This document shows positions 7,023-14,295 of a DNA stretch of 14,295 nucleotides, piece after piece. Under the pieces are notes generated by a model that was not told where the DNA came from, searched no databases, and was given only the letters and a program-made list of their open reading frames with translations. Every line of letters starts with the position of its first letter. The stretch's first letter is position 1. Location: assembly GCA_036336835.1 (NCBI GenBank), contig JAYZFK010000021.1, positions 1 through 14,295 of the forward strand. The letters are read 5' to 3'. The DNA is from Myxococcota bacterium. GTDB lineage: Bacteria > Myxococcota_A > UBA9160 > UBA4427. A program made the translations under genes and the position numbers.

Positions 7023-7700
7023 ATGGCCTCGAAGCTCCCGCACTTCGCGTCGCTCGTTGCGATCGCCGTCGTTCTGCTGATCCCTCCCGCATCCGGATTG
7101 GCCGCGGGGGGCGGAGGCATCCCCTCGAGCAGCGGCGAAGCCGACAGCTCGAAGCGCATCGCCGCCGGTCACTACCGCGCCGGACTGCGAGCCCGGGACA
7201 AGGCCTTGAGCTATGTGAGCCAGGCGAAGAAGGCCGAGGATGACGAGACCGCGAGGCGGCTCTATGGCCTCGCGCGCGGTCAGTTCGAGAAGGCCATTAC
7301 CAGCCAGCGCAAGGCGATCAAGGCGGCGCCGGACATGTACCAGGCCCACAGCAGTCTCGGCTACGCGCTGCGTCGGATCGGCCGCTACCAGGAGGCGATT
7401 GCCTCGTACGATCGAGCGCTCGAGCTAGAGCCGACCTACGGTGAGGCGGTCGAGTACCGCGCCGAGGCCTATCTACAGCTCGGCCGGCTGGAGGACGTGC
7501 AGCGAGCCTGGGGCCAGCTCCAGAATGTTCCGGAGCTGGCCGGACAGCTGATGGAGGCCATGGAGCGCTGGGTCGAGAAGCGGCGCAGGAACCCGGGTGA
7601 CATCGACCCGAGTCGCGTCGAGGCCTTCGCGGGCTGGGTCGCCGAGCAGTCCCGGGCTGCAAGCGGCCCGACCGCCTCCGCAAGCCCGAGGCGCTGGTAG
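7023..7700 (+). CDS. Exported tetratricopeptide repeat (TPR) protein, 225 aa
   Basis: RBS GGAGG at 7012-7016 and signal peptide MASKLPHFASLVAIAVVLLIPPASGLA. TPR motifs AHSSLGYALRRIGRYQEAIASYDRALELEP and EAVEYRAEAYLQLGRLEDV. Confidence 0.9.
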   Translation: MASKLPHFASLVAIAVVLLIPPASGLAAGGGGIPSSSGEADSSKRIAAGHYRAGLRARDKALSYVSQAKKAEDDETARRLYGLARGQFEKAITSQRKAIKAAPDMYQAHSSLGYALRRIGRYQEAIASYDRALELEPTYGEAVEYRAEAYLQLGRLEDVQRAWGQLQNVPELAGQLMEAMERWVEKRRRNPGDIDPSRVEAFAGWVAEQSRAASGPTASASPRRW

Positions 7701-7717
7701 AGCGGGCCGGAGCAGGT

Positions 7718-9436
7718 TCAGTCGCCCCCAGCGTAGGCCGGCGTACGAGCGACATACCGCTCGATCCGCTCGCTCGCCCATGAGGAATGCAGCCGGCCGA
7801 TCGAGGCGAAGCGCTCCGCGGACAGCAGCGGTCCGCTCACCACGCTGCGGATCACGTCGTACAGCTCTGCCAGATCACGATCACGGATCCGGTTCTCTCC
7901 GGTGGCACGTGACAGTGCATAGCCAGCGGGAACCGGGCGCAGGTAGTGACCGACTCGCCAGTCGAGATCGGCGAGGCGCGGGATCAGATTCGCCAGCACC
8001 GGATCACGGGGCAGTGCGGGCAGACGCGAGAGCAATGGATCGCCCAGTCCGTGATAGTCGACGATCACGAGTTCTGGCCCCATGCGGAAGCCGAGCAGGC
8101 CCACACCGCCCTTGACCAGCACGGGGGTCTGCGCGGCCGCGGCCTCGGAATCCGTCGGCGGCCAGGCGTCGCCTTCGTCCAGCACAGCGACCGCGGCCAG
8201 ACCCTTCAGCCAGGGATCGCGGTAGTAGTACTCGCGGGTCTGCCGAGCAGCCTCGCGCTGTGCGTCGCTGCGCCAGCCGCCTCCGGCCAGCACGGCGCGC
8301 AACGCCGTCGACTCGAGGTGAAAGCGACGCTCGTCGGCCACTCCGCGCGCATCGATCGGCGCGTGCCAGGGTTCGCCATAGTCACGCACTGCAAAGGGCG
8401 ACAGATACGGCGTCGCGAGCACGGCCGCTGTGAGCCCGACTGCCAGCGACCAGCCCACCCGGCGCGGCAACGGAGAGCGGGCGAGCAGCGCCGCCGCGAG
8501 CAGCAGCGCGGGCGTCAGGAAACGCCCGGCCATGAAGTCGCCACCGACCCAGACGACCCAGGCGAGGTGCGCCCCGATCGCGGCAACCACGGCACGGCCA
8601 AACGGGTCGCGTGCCACGACCGCGGCCACCGGTCCCGCGACCAGCAACAGCACACTGACTGGATCCCAGCGCACGCTGGCCCACAGGTAGTAGACCCCCT
8701 GCGCCAGGCGATCGCCGGTCGGCAGACCCGCCGACAGCTTGGCCAGCGCGCTGTTGGCGATCAGCGCCCCGTAGTACACGAGCGAGAACGCTTCCCACGC
8801 CACCAGGGGAAGCACCGCCAGTACGAGCGTCGCCGGCCGGGGCAGCCCGTCGCGCCGCCAGGCCGCGAGCAACATCGGGGCGGTGAGGAAGATCAGATCG
8901 AGCCGAGCGAGCAGCAGGAGCACCGCCAGCAACGCACGCAGGAACTGGGATCGCTCGTCGCGGGCCGGCCGGGCGCAGGCGATCAGCTCAGCTGCCAGCA
9001 ACGCGTTGACCAGTGGATTCTCGAGCCCCGAGCTCGCGTAGTCGACGAAGGCGCGCGAGCCGAGCAGCGCAGCCAGGGCGAGCGCAGCACTCGAGGGCGT
9101 CCGCGCAACGCGCCAGACGAGCAGCACGAGCGCAACCGCGGTCCACAGAGCGCCTAACGCGAGCGTCGCGTAGTAGGAATCTCCGTGCGGAACCGAGGCC
9201 ACCAGCACCAACAGCATCCACAGCGGATGCGTGTACGTCTGAACTCGATCGCCGACGTTCCACACCAGGCCGTAGCCGTGCAGCGCATTGTCGACGGTGC
9301 GCAATGTGATGAACGCATCGTCGCAGACCCAGGCGGTTGCGTACCAGGCGGCAGCAAACAACGCGAACAGCATGGCGAGCCCGAAGTGCTCCGCACGGGC
9401 CTGCACGACGGTCGACGAGGTCGATTCTCGAAGCAT
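7718..9436 (-). CDS. Polytopic GT-C glycosyltransferase, AftB (arabinofuranosyltransferase)-like
   Basis: DDAFITLRTVDNALHGYGLVWNVGDRVQTYTHPLW after the first TM segment. Also SSGLENPL, ARLD, YYG..IANSALAK, GGDFMAGRF, GVADER, DYHGLGDPLLSRLP and RVGH, with many hydrophobic segments followed by a soluble C-terminal domain. Start is uncertain (9436 or 9373). Confidence 0.82.
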   Translation of the reverse strand: MLRESTSSTVVQARAEHFGLAMLFALFAAAWYATAWVCDDAFITLRTVDNALHGYGLVWNVGDRVQTYTHPLWMLLVLVASVPHGDSYYATLALGALWTAVALVLLVWRVARTPSSAALALAALLGSRAFVDYASSGLENPLVNALLAAELIACARPARDERSQFLRALLAVLLLLARLDLIFLTAPMLLAAWRRDGLPRPATLVLAVLPLVAWEAFSLVYYGALIANSALAKLSAGLPTGDRLAQGVYYLWASVRWDPVSVLLLVAGPVAAVVARDPFGRAVVAAIGAHLAWVVWVGGDFMAGRFLTPALLLAAALLARSPLPRRVGWSLAVGLTAAVLATPYLSPFAVRDYGEPWHAPIDARGVADERRFHLESTALRAVLAGGGWRSDAQREAARQTREYYYRDPWLKGLAAVAVLDEGDAWPPTDSEAAAAQTPVLVKGGVGLLGFRMGPELVIVDYHGLGDPLLSRLPALPRDPVLANLIPRLADLDWRVGHYLRPVPAGYALSRATGENRIRDRDLAELYDVIRSVVSGPLLSAERFASIGRLHSSWASERIERYVARTPAYAGGD

Positions 9437-9527
9437 GCAGCGGCACTCTCGCGCAGCGCGTCAGGATGTCGTGGGGAGCGCTAGAGCGTAACACGGCTCG
9501 GGTAGCTGGGGTACGCTTTGCGACGCC

Positions 9528-11171
9528 ATGGGTTGCCGCTCGCTCCCCGTCCTGCTGTTCGCGGCTGCGTCCGGCATCGCAATCCTCGGGTACTTCGAGT
9601 TCCGCTTCCTCACCGACGACGCCTTCATCTCGTTCCGCTACGCCTCCAATGCCCTCGCCGGACGGGGTCTCGTCTGGAACCCGTCCCCCTTCCTGCCCGT
9701 CGAGGGCTATACGAACTTCGCGTGGGTCGTGCTGCTAGGCGCAGTATGGGCGCTACTGGGCATCGAGCCGCCGGACGCCGCAAATCCGCTTGCACTCGCC
9801 TTCGGCCTGGGAACGCTCGCCCTGACGCTGCGGATCGGCCTGCGCATGCAGCTGCCCCAGCACTACCAACGGCTGCGACTCCCGCTGCTCGCGTTGATCG
9901 CGCTTGGGGTGGTCACCAACCGCACCTATCTGGCCTGGCTGAGCTCGGGCCTCGAGACGGCGCTCTTCAACTTCGCGCTCACAGCCTGGATCGCGTGCGC
10001 CATCGAGCCGCCCGCTACCCGGACCTGGCGAGCGACGCTCGGACTCTCCTGCGCTGCGAGCGCAGCGGCCCTCGCGCGCCCCGACGGCTGGCTGGCCGTC
10101 CTGGGCTGCGCGCCGCTCGCGCTGCTGGGCCGGCGCGCGCGCGGTGGCTGGTCGCCGCACGAGCGGTGGGCCTGGTGTCCGCTGCTGCTGCCGGCGCTCC
10201 ACCTGGCCTGGCGGCGCAGCTACTACGGTGAGTGGCTGCCCAATACGTGGTACGCGAAGCAGCTCGGCGCATGGCCCGAGAGCGGGATCCGCTATGCCGC
10301 GAGCTTCGTGCTCGAGTACGCGGTCTGGCTGTGGGCGGCCTTCGTGCTTTTCTGGCTGCTGCGCCGGCCGCGGCTACCGCACCAGGTCGCCGTCGTCGTT
10401 GCCGTCCTGCTGATCCACTTCGGCTACTACACGTTCGTGATCGGGGGCGATCACTTCGAATACCGCGTCTACAGCCACCTGATCCCGTTACTCTTCCTGT
10501 CCTCGGCCTGGCTGCTCGCTGCCGGAAGGGCGCGCGGCTCCGTCAGCGTCGCGCTGGTTGCCGCGTTCGTCGCGCTCTCGTGGCCGATCCCCTGGGCCCA
10601 CCACCTCGCGACCCGCGACCTCGAGACGCGCAAGCAGACTCACAAGCTCGTCGCACCAGTCGCGCCAAGACTCGTCCCCCCGTTCGAGTGGCTGGCTCGA
10701 CCCTTCGACGAGCTACAGGCCTGGTTGATCCCAAAGCACGTCGCAATGCGACACCGCGAGCACGCGGTCTTCTACCAGCAACTCTCCGAGTCCCTCCCTT
10801 CGCGGAGCGAGGGAAGCCGGATCGGCTGGGACCAGCGGGCCATCTTGCTGGCGGGCAATGTCGGACGGATCGGCTGGGTATTTCCGAACGTCGCAGTCCT
10901 CGACGTACTCGGTCTAAACGACTACGTGGTCGCGCGCACGCCCGTCCCGGGCGAAGAGGAGCGTGCAATGGCGCACGATCGGCTGGCGCGCCCTGACTAC
11001 CTGGCGTGCTATCGCCCGAACCTGACGATCCAGCTGCCGCGCCGCTACACACTGCGCGAGCGCAAGCCGCCTCTGACCGATGCAGAGATCGCAGAGTGCG
11101 AACGAATCTGGCGACCACGCGCCGGCGAGCCGATCGAGGTGCCGCCCGGGATGGAGCTGAGGCGTCGATGA
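9528..11171 (+). CDS. Polytopic GT-C glycosyltransferase, AftB-like paralogue 2
   Basis: TDDAFISFRYASNALAGRGLVWN...VEGYTNFAW, SSGLETALF, ARPDG, YYGEWLPNTWYAK, GGDHFEYR and LDVLGLND. An in-frame TAA at 9489 limits the start to 9528. Confidence 0.82.
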   Translation: MGCRSLPVLLFAAASGIAILGYFEFRFLTDDAFISFRYASNALAGRGLVWNPSPFLPVEGYTNFAWVVLLGAVWALLGIEPPDAANPLALAFGLGTLALTLRIGLRMQLPQHYQRLRLPLLALIALGVVTNRTYLAWLSSGLETALFNFALTAWIACAIEPPATRTWRATLGLSCAASAAALARPDGWLAVLGCAPLALLGRRARGGWSPHERWAWCPLLLPALHLAWRRSYYGEWLPNTWYAKQLGAWPESGIRYAASFVLEYAVWLWAAFVLFWLLRRPRLPHQVAVVVAVLLIHFGYYTFVIGGDHFEYRVYSHLIPLLFLSSAWLLAAGRARGSVSVALVAAFVALSWPIPWAHHLATRDLETRKQTHKLVAPVAPRLVPPFEWLARPFDELQAWLIPKHVAMRHREHAVFYQQLSESLPSRSEGSRIGWDQRAILLAGNVGRIGWVFPNVAVLDVLGLNDYVVARTPVPGEEERAMAHDRLARPDYLACYRPNLTIQLPRRYTLRERKPPLTDAEIAECERIWRPRAGEPIEVPPGMELRRR

Positions 11172-12682
11172 GTGCTCGGGGCGCCGCCATCAGCCTCGCT
11201 GCCGGGGCACTCCTGCTGCTCCACGCCGCGCACTTCGACCACATCGCCGACGACGCCTACATCTCGCTGCGCTACCTCGACCACTGGCTGCGGGGCGAAG
11301 GGCTCGTCTTCAACCCCGGCGAGCGGGTGATGGGCTACTCGAACTTCCTGTGGATCGTCGCGCTCGCGCCGCTCGCCGCGACCGGACTCTCCTTGCCCGC
11401 GGCAGCGCAGGGTCTCGGTGCCGCCGCCGCGTTCGCGTGCGTGGCGCTCGTCTGCAATGAGCTCGTGCGCCGCCACGCCCCTCTGTGGCCTGCCCTGGCC
11501 GCGGGGGGCTGGCTTGCGGCCAGCGCTCCGTTCGCGCTCTGGGCACAGGCCGGGCTCGAGGGACCGCTGTTCGCGCTGTGGCTGACCGGCGCCCAGATCG
11601 GCGCATGCCGGCATGCAGAGCAGCCGTCGAGCCAGCGCCTGGCGGCGACTGCCCTGTGTCTGGTCGCCGCCGCATGGACTCGGCCCGAAGGAGCCGCTTA
11701 CGGCCTCGTGGTCGCCTGCTGGCTCGGCTGGCGAACGGGACGGCGAGACGCATTGCTGTGCCTGGCCGCCAGTCTTGGCGCGTGGCTCGTCTTCGGCGGC
11801 TTCGCGCTCGTCTACTACGGCGACTGGCTTCCCAATACCTACTACGCCAAGGCACACCCTCTGTCGCTCGCCGTGGTCGAGCGCGGCTGGCTCTTCACCT
11901 GGGCGTACCTGAAGGGCCAGTACGGAGCCACCGCGATCGCGATCGTGCTGTTCGCCGCGACGGCCGGTCGCAGCGCGCGGGCGCCCGGCTGGCTCGGCGT
12001 GGCCATGCTCGCCACCTTCGTCGCCTTCTACCTGCGGATCGGCGGCGACGCGCTGGTGTATCACCGCATGTGGGCCACCGTGCAGCCGTTGATCGCGATC
12101 GCGCTCGGCGATGCCGTGGGCAGCCTGCTCGCGCGACCCAGCGTGCCTGCTCGCGCAATCGCTGCGGTCGGCTGTCTCCTGCCGCTGCTCGCGCTGCCCC
12201 ACTCACTGCGCGGCTTCGAGCTCAGCTACCTGCGCGCCGACGACGAGCGCATCCGCAGCCTCGGTGTGCTCGGACGCGAGCTCGCCGAGCGAGTCGACCC
12301 CGACACGGTGATCGCGACCAACGTGATCGGCGCCCTCGGCTTCTACAGTCGGCTACCGCTGATCGACATGCTGGGCCTCACCAATCGTCAGATTGCGCAC
12401 GCCGGACAGCGGAGCCTCGGAACGCCGGGACACGAGAGTCACGACGGCGCCTACGTTCTCGATCGCGAGCCGGATCTGATCCTGGTCGGCATCCCGCGCG
12501 CCAGTCACCGCCGGATCGGCACCGCGGAGGCCTTCCGTCCCGCCTTCCCATCGGATCGCGATCTTGCGGCCGACCAGCGCCTACTGCGCGACTACGTGCT
12601 CCGCCACTGGACGCTGCGCGACGGGCGTCACGTCGCGCTGTTCGCGCGGCGCGGCTACCAGGGCGCTCCGAACCTCGAGTGA
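11168..12682 (+). CDS. Polytopic GT-C glycosyltransferase, AftB-like paralogue 3, 504 aa
   Basis: ADDAYISLRY...GEGLVFNPGERVMGYSNFLW, AGLEGPLF, TRPEG, YYGDWLPNTYYAK, GGD, IDMLGLTN and PGHE. Starts at an ATGA overlap (11168-11171) with the upstream stop, suggesting translational coupling. Confidence 0.82.
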   Translation: MSARGAAISLAAGALLLLHAAHFDHIADDAYISLRYLDHWLRGEGLVFNPGERVMGYSNFLWIVALAPLAATGLSLPAAAQGLGAAAAFACVALVCNELVRRHAPLWPALAAGGWLAASAPFALWAQAGLEGPLFALWLTGAQIGACRHAEQPSSQRLAATALCLVAAAWTRPEGAAYGLVVACWLGWRTGRRDALLCLAASLGAWLVFGGFALVYYGDWLPNTYYAKAHPLSLAVVERGWLFTWAYLKGQYGATAIAIVLFAATAGRSARAPGWLGVAMLATFVAFYLRIGGDALVYHRMWATVQPLIAIALGDAVGSLLARPSVPARAIAAVGCLLPLLALPHSLRGFELSYLRADDERIRSLGVLGRELAERVDPDTVIATNVIGALGFYSRLPLIDMLGLTNRQIAHAGQRSLGTPGHESHDGAYVLDREPDLILVGIPRASHRRIGTAEAFRPAFPSDRDLAADQRLLRDYVLRHWTLRDGRHVALFARRGYQGAPNLE

Positions 12683-12704
12683 TTCTCGAACGAGCAGCCG
12701 GATC

Positions 12705-14153
12705 TCATTGTTTTCGATACAGAGTCTCTGGTCGAATGTGACCGCCCGACACGCCGAAGAAGACATCGTCTCGCTCGAACAGAGGCTCTCCGGGCCCGTA
12801 GAATTCGCGCGCGAACTCCGCGTAGCGGCCATCGGAGTCGAGGATCACGGCGCCGAAACGGCGCTCTGCGAAGTGGCCCAAGAACTCGATCTCGAGATCG
12901 CGGCGCGCATCGCTCGTCCGGTCGTCGAGCAGCAAATTGTCGATCCCGAGCGTGTGAGCGTACTCGCGCTTGCCAGCGCGCCGCGCCAGATAGCCGTGGT
13001 GAGGAATGAACACGTCGCCGTCGAGCGAGGTGATCTTCGCAACCAGCGCATCGCCCGCTGCACGGTCGTCGGGGGTCGGTAGCAACGCTCGTGGATCGTA
13101 CGCGAGCAGTCCCAGCTGTAGCAGCGCTGCGAGGTATGCGGCCTGCGCAACGCCCCCGCCCCTCCGCCGCGCCGCGTCGAACGCGAGCGCTCCTCCAAGA
13201 CACAGCACAGCGTAAGCCGGAAACAGATTGTTCAGGTATGCGCCGACGAGCGAGCGCACGGACCACGAGCTGGCGAGCGCGCCGACGACGAGCGCAACCC
13301 AGATGAAGCGCTCGGGCTCCGCACTGCGCCGAACCGCCCGCCACTGATGCACCGCGACCGCCGCCAGGGCGACACCGAACACCGGCAGGATGTCCCGCGT
13401 CCAGAAGGCAGCTGCCTGCGCGGTCTCGATCGGGTGTCCGCGCGGCACGGTCACCGTGTAGTACCAGTACCAGCCGCCGTGCCACCAATCGAGTAACGCC
13501 ACCCCGAACACGATCGGGATCCCCGCCCCCAACGCGGCCGCGCCGGCTCGCCGACGGTCGGCGAGCCACAACACCAGCCACACCGGCACCGCCAGCAGGA
13601 CGATCGATTGCTTGACGAAGAATGCCGCTGCCAGGCAAACGCCCGACTGCAGTGCGCGTGCGGGCTCGGGACCCGAGCGAATGCGCTCGATCGAGAGCAG
13701 CAGCCACAGTAGATAGAACGAGTCCTGTCGCGCCAGATCGAGCCAGGCTCCCGTCGCCTGGTAGCTCGCGACGAAGGTCCCCGCGGCAAGCGCACCTGCC
13801 AGCGAGCTGCCCGTCTCGCGGCGAGCGATCAGAAACAGCAGTGAAAGGCAACCGAGTGCAGAAGCGACACTCAATCCGCGCAAGGCCGCGAACCCCTCGC
13901 CCACCACGGCCGCGACGGCGGCGCTCGCGTAGTAGTAGAGCGGCGGATACATGTAGGCGACGAAGTCGAGCGACGGCCTGGCGTACACGGGCTGCCCTGC
14001 GAGCGCGCGTCGCGCGTGCGCGAGCATGCCGCCCTCCATCCACTCGAGCTCATACGGGTGGCCGAAACGGCCCGCCACGACTCCGAGGAAGACCAGCGCA
14101 TAGCCTGCGAGAACTGCCCACAGGACCGCGCGCAGCGCGCGCTCACTGCGCAT
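12705..14153 (-). CDS. Polytopic membrane protein, probable GT-C glycosyltransferase (PMT/ArnT GT39/83-like), 482 aa
   Basis: After the first TM segment an acidic loop PYELEWMEGGML...GQPVY...YMYPPLYY, then DLARQD and FFVKQS. Roughly ten hydrophobic segments and a soluble C-terminal domain. Start reassigned to ATG 14153, which overlaps the upstream gene. Confidence 0.72.
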   Translation of the reverse strand: MRSERALRAVLWAVLAGYALVFLGVVAGRFGHPYELEWMEGGMLAHARRALAGQPVYARPSLDFVAYMYPPLYYYASAAVAAVVGEGFAALRGLSVASALGCLSLLFLIARRETGSSLAGALAAGTFVASYQATGAWLDLARQDSFYLLWLLLSIERIRSGPEPARALQSGVCLAAAFFVKQSIVLLAVPVWLVLWLADRRRAGAAALGAGIPIVFGVALLDWWHGGWYWYYTVTVPRGHPIETAQAAAFWTRDILPVFGVALAAVAVHQWRAVRRSAEPERFIWVALVVGALASSWSVRSLVGAYLNNLFPAYAVLCLGGALAFDAARRRGGGVAQAAYLAALLQLGLLAYDPRALLPTPDDRAAGDALVAKITSLDGDVFIPHHGYLARRAGKREYAHTLGIDNLLLDDRTSDARRDLEIEFLGHFAERRFGAVILDSDGRYAEFAREFYGPGEPLFERDDVFFGVSGGHIRPETLYRKQ

Positions 14154-14295
14154 AGCCGAGCCCCCGGAGCGCCGCCGCCTGCTCGGGCGAGAGCTCGAGC
14201 GACGGCCGGCTCCCCAGCCGAGATCGACGCTCCGCGAGCACTCGCTCGGCGAATGCATCGAGTCGCTCGCGCGCAGCGCGAGCGCCCGCCGCCGA
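14143..14295 (-). CDS. 3' end of a probable sulfatase/alkaline-phosphatase-superfamily protein (partial, runs off the window)
   Basis: Not in the ORF track. The minus-strand frame from 14295 reads SAAGARAARERLDAFAERVLAERRSRLGSRPSLELSPEQAAALRGLGYAQ*. The 'LS.E....L..LGY' tail is typical of many bacterial sulfatase-like proteins and some sulfotransferases. It overlaps the next gene's start by 11 nt. Confidence 0.65.
   Translation of the reverse strand, partial: SAAGARAARERLDAFAERVLAERRSRLGSRPSLELSPEQAAALRGLGYAQ

Noticed and set aside
5442..7349. 635-aa ORF suggesting a TetR with a huge N-terminal extension
   Set aside because: The extension is the antisense shadow of the lipoprotein and TPR genes and has no protein-like features. 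The TetR signature begins just after GTG 6044, which has its own RBS.
7718..12682. Assigning the gene symbol aftB
   Set aside because: Motif similarity supports the family only. The donor and acceptor are unknown and the organism does not look mycobacterial.
12675..12689. Hairpin TCGAG-TGATT-CTCGA between convergent GT-C genes as a terminator
   Set aside because: A 5-bp stem without a U-tract is too weak to call.
7946..12741. Long alternative-frame ORFs (7946-9157 +, 11045-12202 -, 11485-12741 +) and similar ones elsewhere in the track
   Set aside because: These are shadow ORFs typical of high-GC DNA. They overlap well-supported genes and carry no recognisable motifs.
1..14295. CRISPR array, tRNA/rRNA, transposase or integrase; frequent TCGA/CTCGAG words
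   Set aside because: No regularly spaced repeats, RNA gene signatures or recombinase motifs were seen. TCGA richness is explained by codon usage (CTC GAG, GTC GAC, ATC GAx).

Overview
High-GC bacterial genomic window from a diderm organism: it carries outer-membrane beta-barrels and a lipobox lipoprotein, and the gene styles resemble Myxococcota/Deltaproteobacteria-like lineages (inference). There are three modules. (1) Bases 1-960 hold a tail-to-tail pair of small outer-membrane beta-barrel genes. (2) Bases 1071-6044 are a CoA/amide catabolic neighbourhood: a PaaG-like crotonase, a stand-alone acyl-CoA carboxyltransferase, an amidohydrolase-2, an isochorismatase-like protein lacking the catalytic Cys, and a TetR regulator. 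Candidate operators of the form CGAGACG-N3-CGTCTCG occur both in the regulator's upstream region and in the catabolic divergent promoter. (3) Bases 6336-14295 are an envelope module: an unknown lipoprotein, an exported TPR protein, four polytopic GT-C-type glycosyltransferases (three are paralogues with AftB arabinofuranosyltransferase-like motifs), and the 3' end of a probable sulfatase-like gene that the ORF track missed. The GT-C array is the best candidate for an undescribed extracytoplasmic glycosylation system. No RNA genes, CRISPR arrays or mobile-element genes were seen.
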